A stretch of 64,000 nucleotides of DNA from Promethearchaeota archaeon. GTDB taxonomy: Archaea > Asgardarchaeota > Lokiarchaeia > Sigyniarchaeales > SOKP01. Positions 40,093 to 51,120 of the stretch are shown piece by piece (within the stretch, counting starts at the first letter, position 1; each line of letters starts with the position of its first letter). The position numbers were made by a program, and so were the translations under genes. The stretch spans positions 32,001 through 96,000 of the forward strand of contig JAEOSU010000051.1 in assembly GCA_016840165.1 (NCBI GenBank), written 5' to 3'. The notes below the pieces were generated by a model. It saw only the letters and a program-made list of their open reading frames with translations, was not told the DNA's origin and did not search any database.

Positions 40093-40167
40093 TAGAATGA
40101 ATTAAAAATTTATGTATCCATTTTGATGGAGTATTGGAAGAATTCAAATTAGAAGAACACGAATAAT

Positions 40168-41724
40168 TTATTCATATTCAATAGTTGATGGTGGTTTGTT
40201 TGAAATGTCATAAACCACCCGGTTGAAACCTTTAACTTCATTAATAATTCGGGAGGCAATTTTTTCCAAGAGATCCCATTCAAGCTTTGCAAAGTTTGCG
40301 GTCATAGCATCAACTGACTCTACCGCTCGTATTGAGCAAATATATTCATAGGTACGATAATCTCCCATTACACCTACGGTACGAACGGGGATTAACACGC
40401 AAAATATCTGCCAAATATTTTGATATAAATTTGCTCTTTTAATTTCTTCCAGAAGTATAGCATCTGCTTCTCTTAAGGTATCAAGCCTTTTTTTATCAAT
40501 TGGACCTAATACTCGCACTGCAAGACCAGGACCGGGAAAAGGGTGACGTTCAATCAATTCGTTATCCAATCCTAATTTTAATCCGATTTTTCTTACTTCA
40601 TCTTTATATAAATCCTTTATTGGTTCAATAATCTTAAGTTTCATATCTGGAGGTAAAGTTAAATTATGATGAGACTTAATTTTTGCTGCTGATTCGCTAG
40701 TTTTAGCGGTCTCAATCCGATCAGGATAAATGGTGCCTTGAGCTAAGTATTTAATTCCAAGATTCTCTTGTTCTAATTCATACGTCTTATTCTCAAAGAC
40801 TTCAATAAATGTGTGTCCAATAATTCTTCGTTTTTCTTCGGGATCTTCGATATTGTTAAGTTTTTCCAAAAAGATATCTTCTGCGTTAATATAGTGTAGA
40901 TTTTTAAAACCCAGTTTTTCATTAAATTGTTTTTGTACTTCCTTCTCTTCATTTTTCCTTAATAACCCATTATTTACAAAGATACAATGTAAATTGTCTC
41001 CAATTGCTCGGTGAAGCAAAATTGCGGTCACAGATGAATCTACTCCCCCTGATAATCCTAGAATGACTCGTTTATCCCCAACTATATCTTTAATTTCTTG
41101 AATCTTCTTATCTATCCAATCATCTAATTTCCAATCTCGATGTGCTTTTGCTATGAGACTAATAAAGTTCTCTAAAATGACATTTCCATTAATTGTATGC
41201 TGGACTTCAGGATGGAATTGAACTCCATATAAATTCAACTTCTCGTTTTTAAATGCAGCAATAGGGCAAGTATCTGTTTTTGCTAACACTCTAAAACCTT
41301 CTGGCATGCTTTTTATCTGATCTCCATGAGACATCCAAACAATTTCCTTGTTATTTAGGGATTGGAATAATAAATTCTTTTCAATTATATTTAACTCTAT
41401 TTTACCATATTCTTTTTTGTCTGTTTGTATGATTTTACCTCCCATTTGATGAATGATTAAATGTAATCCGTAGCATATCCCTAATACGGGAATTTTTTGT
41501 TGAATGACATAATTAAAGAATTCTGTTGGCAAGTTTGGACTTTCCGCTTCATAAACACTACTTGGACCACCGGATAAGATGATTGCTCTTGGCTCTAATT
41601 TTTTTAGCTCTTTCAAAGGGATATTAAAGGGGACTATTTCAGAAAATACTCCAAATTCCCTAATTCTTCGAGCAATAAGGTGACTATATTGAGATCCCAT
41701 GTCAATAATACAGATTTTATCCAA
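40168..41724 (-). CDS. guaA: GMP synthase (glutamine-hydrolysing), fused form
   Basis: GSQYSHLIARR, GICYG, QFHPEV, LSGGVDS, HPFPGPGL, KPPSTIEYE. Confidence 0.97.
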   Translation of the reverse strand: MDKICIIDMGSQYSHLIARRIREFGVFSEIVPFNIPLKELKKLEPRAIILSGGPSSVYEAESPNLPTEFFNYVIQQKIPVLGICYGLHLIIHQMGGKIIQTDKKEYGKIELNIIEKNLLFQSLNNKEIVWMSHGDQIKSMPEGFRVLAKTDTCPIAAFKNEKLNLYGVQFHPEVQHTINGNVILENFISLIAKAHRDWKLDDWIDKKIQEIKDIVGDKRVILGLSGGVDSSVTAILLHRAIGDNLHCIFVNNGLLRKNEEKEVQKQFNEKLGFKNLHYINAEDIFLEKLNNIEDPEEKRRIIGHTFIEVFENKTYELEQENLGIKYLAQGTIYPDRIETAKTSESAAKIKSHHNLTLPPDMKLKIIEPIKDLYKDEVRKIGLKLGLDNELIERHPFPGPGLAVRVLGPIDKKRLDTLREADAILLEEIKRANLYQNIWQIFCVLIPVRTVGVMGDYRTYEYICSIRAVESVDAMTANFAKLEWDLLEKIASRIINEVKGFNRVVYDISNKPPSTIEYE

Positions 41725-41954
41725 TTTATAGCACCACTATTGAGATATTATATATTCATATTCTTTTTCAACTTAATTTATATTTCGAATATAGAATATA
41801 TATTTGAAGTCATTATCTAGTGAAAAGGAAGCAAGGAAAATAATTTTTTCCAATAACCAAACCATTTTTTAATTATTATTTATTCCTAAAGAATATAGAC
41901 CGGTTAAAGGAATTTCCTCTTATTATGAAACAGTAAATTATTGGAGATTATACT

Positions 41955-42839
41955 ATGCCTTATAAAATTCTTAGAAAACAGCAATTAGGAACCAGTGGAA
42001 CATTACTCGAAATGGTTTTAGAAACTCCTCTAATTGCTAAAAAAGCATTCGCGGGCAATTTTGTCCTACTTAGAATTGATGAAACGGGGGAAAGATTTCC
42101 CCTCACCATCGCTGACTATAACCCAACAGAAGGTACAATTACTATCGTGGTCCAAATAGTTGGAAAAAGTACAAAACATCTCTCCAGCTTAAAGGAGGGA
42201 GATGAGATAGCGGATGTAGTTGGACCTCTTGGGAATAAAATTGAAATTAAGAGATATGAACATCCTATCATTATAATCGGTGGAGGGGTCGGGATAGCAC
42301 CCTGCTATCCTCAAGCAAAGGAATTAAAAAAAGCAGGAAATACTCTTTATACAATATTAGGAGCAAAGAATTCCGACTTAATTTTTTGGCGAGATAAATT
42401 CGCTACATTGAGCGATAAACTTATTATTACTACTGATGATGGAACCGAGGGGATTAAAGGTTTTGTAACCGATCCACTTAAAGAACTTATTAGTAAAGAA
42501 AAAATTAGTTTGGTGATTGCGATTGGCCCGCTTATAATGATGAAGAATGTAACACTAATCACTAATGGAAAGAATAATTTACCATTCGTAGAAACGGTTG
42601 TTTCATTAAATACAATAATGGTAGATGGAACAGGCATGTGTGGAGGGTGTAGATTCCCAACAATAAGTGGAGAATTTCATTTTGCTTGCGTAGATGGTCC
42701 AGATGTAAATGGGCATATCGTGGATTTTGATAATTTAATGAATCGCTCGATACGATACAGTACTCAAGAAAAGATTTCTCTAGATAGATATAATGGTCAT
42801 TGCCGTAGTGTTATCCATTTAGGCAAACCAAAAGAATAA
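41955..42839 (+). CDS. NfnA/SudB-like FAD/[2Fe-2S] subunit
   Basis: GERFPLTIAD, GPLG, GGGVG, DGTGMCGGC…ACVDGP. Confidence 0.9.
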   Translation: MPYKILRKQQLGTSGTLLEMVLETPLIAKKAFAGNFVLLRIDETGERFPLTIADYNPTEGTITIVVQIVGKSTKHLSSLKEGDEIADVVGPLGNKIEIKRYEHPIIIIGGGVGIAPCYPQAKELKKAGNTLYTILGAKNSDLIFWRDKFATLSDKLIITTDDGTEGIKGFVTDPLKELISKEKISLVIAIGPLIMMKNVTLITNGKNNLPFVETVVSLNTIMVDGTGMCGGCRFPTISGEFHFACVDGPDVNGHIVDFDNLMNRSIRYSTQEKISLDRYNGHCRSVIHLGKPKE

Positions 42840-42851
42840 GGAACAGAAGGC

Positions 42852-44246
42852 ATGGTAAAGATGAAAAAGTTATTACTTAGGCCAAAGATGCCCGAACAAG
42901 ATCCTCAAAAACGGATTGCTAATTTCGATGAAGTTCCATTAGGATATACCGAAGAAATGGCTCAAATAGAAGCTAACAGATGCTTACAGTGTGCGGATCC
43001 TAAATGTATTGGTGGTTGTCCCGTCAATATAGATATTCCCGGGTTTATTAAACTCATAAAAGAAAAGGAATATCGCAAATCAATCGAATATATCAAAGAA
43101 TTTAATATTTTACCCGCAATTTGTGGAAGAGTTTGTCCTCAAGAGGTTCAATGTGAACAAGCATGCATTCTAGGAAAAAAAAAGGATCCTATCGCGATTG
43201 GAGCCTTGGAGCGATTTATTGCTGATTGGGAACTAATTAATTCTCTTAAAGCTTGTCCAGATTGTAAGCCTCCAAATAATATTAAAGTAGCAGTTATTGG
43301 TTCTGGTCCAGCAGGTTTAACCTGTGCCGCGGATCTTGCCCGAAAAGGATATAACGTGACGATTTTCGAGGCTTTTCATGAGGGAGGAGGCGTTTTAGTA
43401 TATGGAATCCCTGAATTTCGTTTACCTAAAGAAATCGTTAAGGATGAAATCGAAACTCTCAAGATGCTTGGTGTTAAAATAGAATATAATAAAATTATTG
43501 GCAAGATTTTAACAATAGGAGATTTAAGGGATATGGAGTTCAAAGCTTTTTTCATAGGAGTTGGAGCTGGATTGCCAATAATGCTAAAAATGCCCGGGTT
43601 AAATCTAAATGGTGTGGTAACCGCTAATGAGCTCCTAACACGAGCCAATTTAATGAAAGCGTATAAATTTCCTGAATACGATACTCCAATTAACATTGGT
43701 AAAGTTATTACGGTTGTTGGTGGAGGTAATGTTGCTTTAGATTCGGCTAGAGTTGCTTTACGCTTAGGTGTGGATAAAGTAATTGTCGTCTATCGACGAA
43801 GCGAAGCCGAAATGCCTGCCAGAAAAGCGGAATATCATCATGCTAAAGAAGAGGGAATTGAATTCAAATTTCTTACAAATCCCATAGAAATTATCGGTGA
43901 TGACTATTCAAATGTAAAGCAATTAAAAGTGCTTAAAATGAAATTAGGTGAACCAGATGATTCTGGACGTAGAAGACCAATCCCAATTGAAAATTCTGAC
44001 TTCCTTATACCAACTGACACTATTATCCTCGCTATTGGTACTCGAGCGAATCCAATTTTGACTAAGACTTTACCAAATTTAAAGTTAAATAAATATGGTT
44101 ATATTGAAACTGATGAGTTAGGAAGAACCAATATTAAAGACATTTTTGCAGGGGGAGATATCGTAACTGGTTCTGCGACAGTGATTTCTGCTATGGGCGC
44201 TGGAAGAAACGCAGCTAAAGCAATCGATGAATATTTGAAATCTTAA
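42852..44246 (+). CDS. NfnB/SudA (GltD-like) NADPH-dependent oxidoreductase
   Basis: EANRCLQC…CIGGCPV, CGRVCPQEVQCEQAC, GSGPAG, YGIPEFRLP, GGGNVALD, FAGGD. Confidence 0.92.
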   Translation: MVKMKKLLLRPKMPEQDPQKRIANFDEVPLGYTEEMAQIEANRCLQCADPKCIGGCPVNIDIPGFIKLIKEKEYRKSIEYIKEFNILPAICGRVCPQEVQCEQACILGKKKDPIAIGALERFIADWELINSLKACPDCKPPNNIKVAVIGSGPAGLTCAADLARKGYNVTIFEAFHEGGGVLVYGIPEFRLPKEIVKDEIETLKMLGVKIEYNKIIGKILTIGDLRDMEFKAFFIGVGAGLPIMLKMPGLNLNGVVTANELLTRANLMKAYKFPEYDTPINIGKVITVVGGGNVALDSARVALRLGVDKVIVVYRRSEAEMPARKAEYHHAKEEGIEFKFLTNPIEIIGDDYSNVKQLKVLKMKLGEPDDSGRRRPIPIENSDFLIPTDTIILAIGTRANPILTKTLPNLKLNKYGYIETDELGRTNIKDIFAGGDIVTGSATVISAMGAGRNAAKAIDEYLKS

Positions 44247-44391
44247 CTGAAGAAATTATTATTTCTTGTCATTTAATTTAATAAATCTTTACCTTTCCCA
44301 ACTTTTTCCCCCAGTAACTTAAAATTATTTCAACAAATTATAGTTACATATAATTAAAAAATATAATAACAATCGAAAATTTGATTGAACT

Positions 44392-45642
44392 ATGACTGAA
44401 TATTTAGATCCTTTTAAAATCTCTCAAACTCAACTTGCTGAAGCATGCAAAATTAAAGGATACGATAATGAAATCTACGAAGCGTTAAGTCAACCAGAAA
44501 GATTCATTGAAATAAAAATCACTCTTAAAATGGATAATGGACATTTAAAAACGTTCAAAGGTTTTCGAAGTCAATATAATTCTGCTCGGGGTCCAATGAA
44601 AGGAGGTATAAGGTGGCATCCTGAGGAGAGTGGCTCATTAGTGAAAGCGTTAAGTGCATGGATGACATGGAAAACCGCTTGCGTGGATATCCCTCTTGGT
44701 GGAGCCAAGGGGGGGATCATATGTAATCCAAAAGGAATGAGTGAACGAGAACTTGAAACTTTAGCGAGAAGCTATATTCGACAATTAGCAGACTTTATTG
44801 GGCCAAATATCGACGTTCCTGCCCCCGATGTTTATACCAATCCTCAGATAATGGCGTGGATGATGGACGAGTATGAGACTATTGTTCGTCGCCATGCTCC
44901 ATCGGTTATCACAGGAAAACCATTACCCATTGGAGGAAGCGCAGGGAGAGCGATTGCTACGGCAAAGGGAGGAGTCTTTTGCATACGAGAAGCAGCAAAA
45001 GATATAGGTTTAAACCTAAAAGGCGCCCCGGTAGCTATTCAAGGATATGGAAATGCGGGTTCTTGGGCAGCTAAACTTTTAAAGGATGATTTTGACTGTA
45101 AAATCATTGCTGTATCGGATTCAAAGGGAGGTATTTGCAACCTTGATGGAATTGATCCATATAAAGCAGCTGATCATAAGGAGAAAACTGGAACCGTCGT
45201 TGGTCTCGACGGCACGAAAAAAATAACCAATGAAGAGCTCTTAGAATTAGAATGTGATATATTAGTTCCTGCTGCTTTAGAAAATGTAATAACAAAGAAA
45301 AATGCCTCACAAATTAAAACAAAAATAATTGCTGAATTAGCAAATGGTCCCACTACTCCTCAAGCAGACAATATTTTGCACAATAATAATGTTCTTATGA
45401 TTCCCGACTTTCTTTGTAATGCTGGTGGTGTAACCGTATCCTACTTCGAAATGGTACAGGGATACTATCGCTACTTTTGGACAGAAGAGGAAGTATTCGT
45501 TGCTCTTGATAGAATTATGACGAATGCCTATAGATCTACCGTGGAGCACGCAGAACAAGTCAATACTCATAATCGAATGGGTGCATACATGGTTTCCATT
45601 GACCGTGTTATTGAAGCTATGCAATTAAGAGGTTGGATATAA
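44392..45642 (+). CDS. gdhA: Glutamate dehydrogenase
   Basis: [40 protein letters not shown]. Confidence 0.95.
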   Translation: MTEYLDPFKISQTQLAEACKIKGYDNEIYEALSQPERFIEIKITLKMDNGHLKTFKGFRSQYNSARGPMKGGIRWHPEESGSLVKALSAWMTWKTACVDIPLGGAKGGIICNPKGMSERELETLARSYIRQLADFIGPNIDVPAPDVYTNPQIMAWMMDEYETIVRRHAPSVITGKPLPIGGSAGRAIATAKGGVFCIREAAKDIGLNLKGAPVAIQGYGNAGSWAAKLLKDDFDCKIIAVSDSKGGICNLDGIDPYKAADHKEKTGTVVGLDGTKKITNEELLELECDILVPAALENVITKKNASQIKTKIIAELANGPTTPQADNILHNNNVLMIPDFLCNAGGVTVSYFEMVQGYYRYFWTEEEVFVALDRIMTNAYRSTVEHAEQVNTHNRMGAYMVSIDRVIEAMQLRGWI

Positions 45643-45787
45643 GATAATTATTACAGTTATCCTATTTTTAGTTTTATTTTCTTATTTCTCATTTTGATCA
45701 TTAAAAAAGTAAAATCTTTAATGAAGCGATCCTATTCTTACATGTATTTCAATAATTAATAAAAAATATTAGAATAGTAATATATGA

Positions 45788-47047
45788 GTGAAAAAGATGG
45801 AAATAAATCCATATGATGTTGCGAAGGCACAAATTGAAATTGTTGCTAAGGAAATGGGATTAGATAAAAATACGACTCAATATCTCAAAAGAATTGAACG
45901 GGCATTAATCGTATCGATACCAATTACGATGGATGACGGCTCCGTTCAGATTTTTGAAGGATATCGGGTTCATCATTCCACGGTACGAGGACCAGGAAAA
46001 GGGGGCATTCGATACTCTCCTGAAGTAAATCTAGATGAGGTGAAAGCACTTGCTACATGGATGACCTGGAAATCTTCTTTGCTAAACCTTCCTCTCGGTG
46101 GGGCAAAAGGTGGCGTTCGAGTCGATCCAAGGAAATTGTCTATGAAGGAATTGGAAAGATTGACCAGAAGGTATACAGCAGAGATCATAAATATTATAGG
46201 GCCAGATATTGATATACCCGCCCCTGATGTTAACACTAATTCCCAAATCATGGCCTGGATTATGGATGTATATTCAATGCAAAAAGGACGTTCAATACCA
46301 GGGGTTGTAACGGGCAAACCAATAGAAATTGGAGGCTCTGTTGGAAGAGAACCTGCAACAGGAATGGGATTATATTTTGTTCTAAAGGCATTATGTGGAA
46401 AATTGGATCTTAGTTTGAAAGAACAAAGTATCGTTATTCAAGGATTTGGTAATGTAGGCGGAACCATATCAGAACTATTGTACAATGAAGGATGTAAGAT
46501 CCTTGCCGTTTCAGATATCTCCACTGGAATTTTCTGCAAGGATGGCTTGGATATCGAAAAACTACTTAAATGGGTAAAAGAGGGAAAATACCTCAAGGAT
46601 TATAAAGATAGCAGTTATAATTTTCTTACTAATGAGGAATTATTAACTACCAAATGTGATGTATTGGTTCCTGCTGCGATAGAAAATCAAATAACAGAAA
46701 AAAATGCGGACAAAATTCAGTGTAAAATTGTTCTTGAAGGTGCCAATGGACCAACAACTCCTGAAGCAGACAAAATATTATATAGCAAAGGAATACATGT
46801 AGTACCAGATATATTAGCCAATAGTGGTGGAGTTTGTGTCTCTTATTTTGAATATATCCAAGATATTCATTCATATTTCTGGAAATTAGATAGAATTAAT
46901 CAAGAATTAGAGCGTATCATTCTTGAAGCATTTGAGGAGACCTATAAAATCTCTGTTGAGAGAAAAATCCCCCTTCGAACCGCAGCATATATTATAGCGG
47001 TCTCACGAGTTGCAAAAGCAATAGAATTGAGGGGTTTTTTTCCATAA
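45788..47047 (+). CDS. gdhA: Glutamate dehydrogenase (second paralog)
   Basis: GPGKGGIRY, GGAKGG, DIPAPDV, GFGNVG, EGANGP. Confidence 0.95.
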   Translation: MKKMEINPYDVAKAQIEIVAKEMGLDKNTTQYLKRIERALIVSIPITMDDGSVQIFEGYRVHHSTVRGPGKGGIRYSPEVNLDEVKALATWMTWKSSLLNLPLGGAKGGVRVDPRKLSMKELERLTRRYTAEIINIIGPDIDIPAPDVNTNSQIMAWIMDVYSMQKGRSIPGVVTGKPIEIGGSVGREPATGMGLYFVLKALCGKLDLSLKEQSIVIQGFGNVGGTISELLYNEGCKILAVSDISTGIFCKDGLDIEKLLKWVKEGKYLKDYKDSSYNFLTNEELLTTKCDVLVPAAIENQITEKNADKIQCKIVLEGANGPTTPEADKILYSKGIHVVPDILANSGGVCVSYFEYIQDIHSYFWKLDRINQELERIILEAFEETYKISVERKIPLRTAAYIIAVSRVAKAIELRGFFP

Positions 47048-47119
47048 TAAACTATTATTAATTTCTTTCTTATACTTTTTTAATTTTTACAAGCCTTAAC
47101 GCTCTTTTACGAGTTTGAG

Positions 47120-48418
47120 TTAACTAGTAAATGGAGTCAATATGATTAAGTATAATAAAGAACACCCAATATGAATTAAAGCAAAAATAGAACCTGATTT
47201 GAGTAATCGCTTATAACTCATATTTTCCACTCCACTATCTCGGGCAACTTTTAAAGTCATCATATCCGCTGCTGCTCCTTGCGGTATCAAGTTTCCTCCA
47301 AGGTTAATTGCTATTATAAAGGCAAAGAGTAATGGAACTGATGGAAAATTAAAACTGTCAATTAAAGTACCGATTATAGGAATAAATATAAGTGCTGTAG
47401 GCGTGTTAGCTACAAAACCAGAGATTAAACTTATTAAAATTAATAAGATTAAGGAGAGCAAAAAGGGGTTAAATAATTCAAATGGGATATTTATAAATAA
47501 GTCTCTAAATCCCGCTTGTAAAAGACATCCGATTATCACATAGAGAGAAATAAAGAAAAAAATAATTTCCCATTCAATATCCCGTAAAAGTTCTCCCATT
47601 GATTTTTTTGTATAGCCTTTATTAGCCAAAACTAAAATAAGAGCAGAAATAACCGCGGTTAAATAAAGTATTGGGAGGATCGCAAACAAAGCGATTGTAA
47701 TTATTATCGCTATGCTATTAAAATAAAACATTTTTTTATTCTTTATCATGACATCTGCGTCGACTAGTTCTAAAACAAAACGCTTTTGGTCTTCATCAAT
47801 ATTTGGTTCTTTTGAAAGCATGTATTTATCTATCAGAAAAATTGTGAAAAAAAGTAATAAAAATGAGAATATCCAATAATATTGAAAGAAGTAAGCCGTA
47901 TCCAATTCAAAAGCAGTCGAAATGATTATATTTTCTCCACTTGAAAAGGGAGTTATAATACTGCCGATATTGATACAAATAGTCATACCTAAAAGGTAAG
48001 TTCCCGACCTTATTTTAAGGAAATGACAGAGCCGGATCACAACAGGCGCTAAAATTAACACCACCACTACATCTGTAATTATTGCCGCTAGTAGGGTAGT
48101 TATAAAACATAATAAATATAAAAATACTCTTCGATTCCCTCTTGAAAGTTTAAATAATTTAACTGCTACATATTCTAATACATTAGAATCTTGAGCGATT
48201 TTTGTGATAATACTCATACTTAAGATAATAATAATTGCTTCCCATTCAATATATCCTACAAATTCTGGAAATGCAATCTCATTTTTCAAACCTGTCACCG
48301 TTGCGGCATAGAACATACATAATAAGGAAATGGCAACGAAGTCAAGATTCGCAATAGAGTAGCTGGCAATTACTAACGCAAATAGAATAAAGAGTAAAAT
48401 TAAAAGAGGGACGTCCAT
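47120..48418 (-). CDS. ArsB/NhaD/SLC13-type (IT superfamily) permease
   Basis: About 11 TM; NIGSIITPFS, SGFVANTP, NLGGNLIPQGA. Confidence 0.85.
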   Translation of the reverse strand: MDVPLLILLFILFALVIASYSIANLDFVAISLLCMFYAATVTGLKNEIAFPEFVGYIEWEAIIIILSMSIITKIAQDSNVLEYVAVKLFKLSRGNRRVFLYLLCFITTLLAAIITDVVVVLILAPVVIRLCHFLKIRSGTYLLGMTICINIGSIITPFSSGENIIISTAFELDTAYFFQYYWIFSFLLLFFTIFLIDKYMLSKEPNIDEDQKRFVLELVDADVMIKNKKMFYFNSIAIIITIALFAILPILYLTAVISALILVLANKGYTKKSMGELLRDIEWEIIFFFISLYVIIGCLLQAGFRDLFINIPFELFNPFLLSLILLILISLISGFVANTPTALIFIPIIGTLIDSFNFPSVPLLFAFIIAINLGGNLIPQGAAADMMTLKVARDSGVENMSYKRLLKSGSIFALIHIGCSLLYLIILTPFTS

Positions 48419-48544
48419 ATCTACTCTACGATAAGAATTATTTTATTATTAATTCTAATAAATAAAATTTAATAAATCTAATCATAATTTAAAAGGGGGC
48501 AGTTATGGGAAAATTTATCAATTCTTACATTCCAATATTATCGC

Positions 48545-49390
48545 TTATTTCAATAGAAATAATCTTAAAAGAAATTTAAACAAATTCAGTTCATTTAGAA
48601 GAGCCATATTTGAAATTATATAATCAAAAATATTCTCCTCTATGAAGTAAATCAGACTTTTTTGATGCCCCTCTTCTATTTTAATAAGTTCTACAATTCT
48701 TCTGATTAAATTAATGATTTGCTTCTCTACTACCAGCATATCGCAATTGGTAGGGTCAATATTAATTATATTAATGCCTGTGCTTGGATCAAATGAAAAT
48801 TTACTTAGTTCTGGATGATCTCTTACATAATTATGGCTTAGATAGTTTTCAAACATACTTTCGATACGTAGATACATTCTCTGTTTTTTATCTTGACTCA
48901 TATGAGCCTCTATTAGATTGATTAATAAATTTAAAATCTGTTGAAACACACCTAATATATCATAAAACTCTGCAATTGTAGTGATATTTTCAGCAGTTAA
49001 CCATTGAGAGTAATACTCTTCAATTATATTTTTAAATGGATTAAAATGATCGGTATTACCCTTCCATAGTGTTTTCCATGCTTCTTTATCACTCGCATAT
49101 TCTGCAATAAATGTTTGTTTGATAATATTTAACCTTGCTCTCAGAATATTTGAACTCACTGTTTTTTCGGAAGCAGCTACAAATAATAATTTTAACTCTT
49201 TATCTTCTAAATATACCCAACGCAACCCGCCCATGTCAATGCTTTCAATTCCCTCTTGAAACTCAAAGACAGTAAATTGATTTAACGCTGCTAATAAACC
49301 GCTTACTAAATCCTCATCTAAAAGTAAGGATAGATAAGACTTATATAATAATGTTATTCCACTCTCAGAGTCCAAGATCCAAATATTCAT
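48545..49390 (-). CDS. Longin-like N-terminal domain protein
   Basis: NIWILDSESGITLLYKSY…DEDLVSGLLAALNQF…IESIDMGG…LLFVA, a longin-type pattern, followed by a helical C-domain. Confidence 0.65.
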   Translation of the reverse strand: MNIWILDSESGITLLYKSYLSLLLDEDLVSGLLAALNQFTVFEFQEGIESIDMGGLRWVYLEDKELKLLFVAASEKTVSSNILRARLNIIKQTFIAEYASDKEAWKTLWKGNTDHFNPFKNIIEEYYSQWLTAENITTIAEFYDILGVFQQILNLLINLIEAHMSQDKKQRMYLRIESMFENYLSHNYVRDHPELSKFSFDPSTGINIINIDPTNCDMLVVEKQIINLIRRIVELIKIEEGHQKSLIYFIEENIFDYIISNMALLNELNLFKFLLRLFLLK

Positions 49391-49469
49391 TTTCTAACCG
49401 AAGTTATCAGATACTATATTTGATATAATAAAAAATGTTTATCAATAAAATTGTTTTGGAAAACATAAA

Positions 49470-49964
49470 CTACCCTTTTTCTAGAAAATGACTCAAATCA
49501 TTTGATTTACAATACTTTTGTAGATTTCTCAACATGTCTGTTATCTTCATTTGGAGTGTCAAATCAGCGGCACCTCCGATTAGGTTCAAAAAATCACTAC
49601 TTAACTTAAAGTTCTCAATGAAGACGCCTAATTTTGATTTGCTATCTGATAATGATTTAACTCTCAGTCTTCCCTCCAATTCTTTTACATCCTTATTATT
49701 CCTAACGTTAAATTCAATTACTCTTCCTTTTCCTTCCTCTTCGCCTTTATCAATGAGTACTAATTCACCTTCCATTTCAATTGGAACCTTTATGACATTA
49801 ATTTCATCTAGAACCTTTGTAAATAACACATTAGGTGCAATGAATTCCGCTTCCATTTCTTTTGTTGGTTTTATCATTATCCAGAAGTCTGAATTATATA
49901 TTGCCTTTATGAGTGTTTCTTTATTGCAGTTTTCTATTTCTAAAACCTTTGATATTTTGCTCAT
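49470..49964 (-). CDS. Hypothetical protein, possible SRPBCC/helix-grip fold
   Basis: Strand-helix start, beta meander and long C-terminal helix. Confidence 0.5.
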   Translation of the reverse strand: MSKISKVLEIENCNKETLIKAIYNSDFWIMIKPTKEMEAEFIAPNVLFTKVLDEINVIKVPIEMEGELVLIDKGEEEGKGRVIEFNVRNNKDVKELEGRLRVKSLSDSKSKLGVFIENFKLSSDFLNLIGGAADLTLQMKITDMLRNLQKYCKSNDLSHFLEKG

Positions 49965-50182
49965 AATTTCCTTCTCTCAATTATTAATATATTATTTTAA
50001 TACAATGAAAAAAGTCTAATTTAGTTTTCTTTCTTGAGAATGTTTTCTAGATTTAGCCTCAGACTTCCTAGATTTTTTCATTTTCATAGACGGTGATTCA
50101 TAATTTATTTTTTCATCATAGGCTAATAAGTAATCTAATATTCTCTATTATAGAATCTTTTTTTTTATTAAATTCGAATCTA

Positions 50183-50389
50183 TTAACTCCTGATTAATTT
50201 AGACTTCTCTATTTCATGTTCAGTATGGCAGTTAGGACAAATCCATACTTTATCATTCTTTTTTACGGAATTAAGACAATTGGCGCATATTGTTATGTCA
50301 CAAATACAATATACACAATTTTCTATGTCCTTATTACAGTCTTTATTACAAATATAGCAAAATGGGGGATTTTTTGGCATTCTTCTCAA
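50183..50389 (-). CDS. Small C4C4 RING-like zinc finger protein
   Basis: CYIC…CIC…ICANC…ICPNC. Confidence 0.7.
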   Translation of the reverse strand: MRRMPKNPPFCYICNKDCNKDIENCVYCICDITICANCLNSVKKNDKVWICPNCHTEHEIEKSKLIRS

Positions 50390-50489
50390 TTATCAAATTC
50401 CACTCTTATAATATTCAATATTATACTTTTAATTTTAAAAATTATTTCATTTAACATAAGTTAATAATAATACGAATGAGTCAATTATT

Positions 50490-50684
50490 ATGTATAATTT
50501 TCAATCAAGAATGCGTTTGTTAAGCTTGATTAGCATTTTATTCATCTATTTTGCAATTTCAAGATTAATTTCATCAGATTTACAAGGTTTTTATATTTGG
50601 TTGATAGTGACGATTGTATACTTAACATCATTAGTAATCTTCTATGTTACATATAAAAAAACCCAAAAGAATACAGTGTCATAA
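50490..50684 (+). CDS. Small two-TM membrane protein
   Basis: Two hydrophobic segments and a basic tail. Confidence 0.6.
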   Translation: MYNFQSRMRLLSLISILFIYFAISRLISSDLQGFYIWLIVTIVYLTSLVIFYVTYKKTQKNTVS

Positions 50685-50695
50685 ATATAATGCTT

Positions 50696-50962
50696 TTATT
50701 TCTTTCTCTTTAAGAATTCAGGAATCACTCCTTCCAAGCCTAAGCTTTTAATAAGTGTGTCTCTGATATCCATTTGAATTTTCATATCTTGCATTATTTT
50801 TAGCGTGTTTTCTAAGGTAATAGAAAAGTTCTGACTCATTTCTTTAATCGTATCAGAAGTTAACTTTAATGATTCCCTGATTGCAATATTGGTCTCATGC
50901 AATTCCTGACTCATTTTTTCCATCGCTTTTCTCATTTCAGCAAGTTCGTCTTTAATCCCCAT
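50696..50962 (-). CDS. Small coiled-coil protein
   Basis: Heptad pattern over most of its length. Confidence 0.65.
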   Translation of the reverse strand: MGIKDELAEMRKAMEKMSQELHETNIAIRESLKLTSDTIKEMSQNFSITLENTLKIMQDMKIQMDIRDTLIKSLGLEGVIPEFLKRKK

Positions 50963-51120
50963 TTGAAATCATTTAGAAAATTAGTTGTATTTAACTACTA
51001 TATGCTTAATTGTACATTAAGAATTTAATTCTTATAGTTTTTTCTAATTAAGCGGAAATATATTTTAATTATTATTTATAAAAGTAATAGATTAAAGCTT
51101 TCAAATATATATGAGAAACA

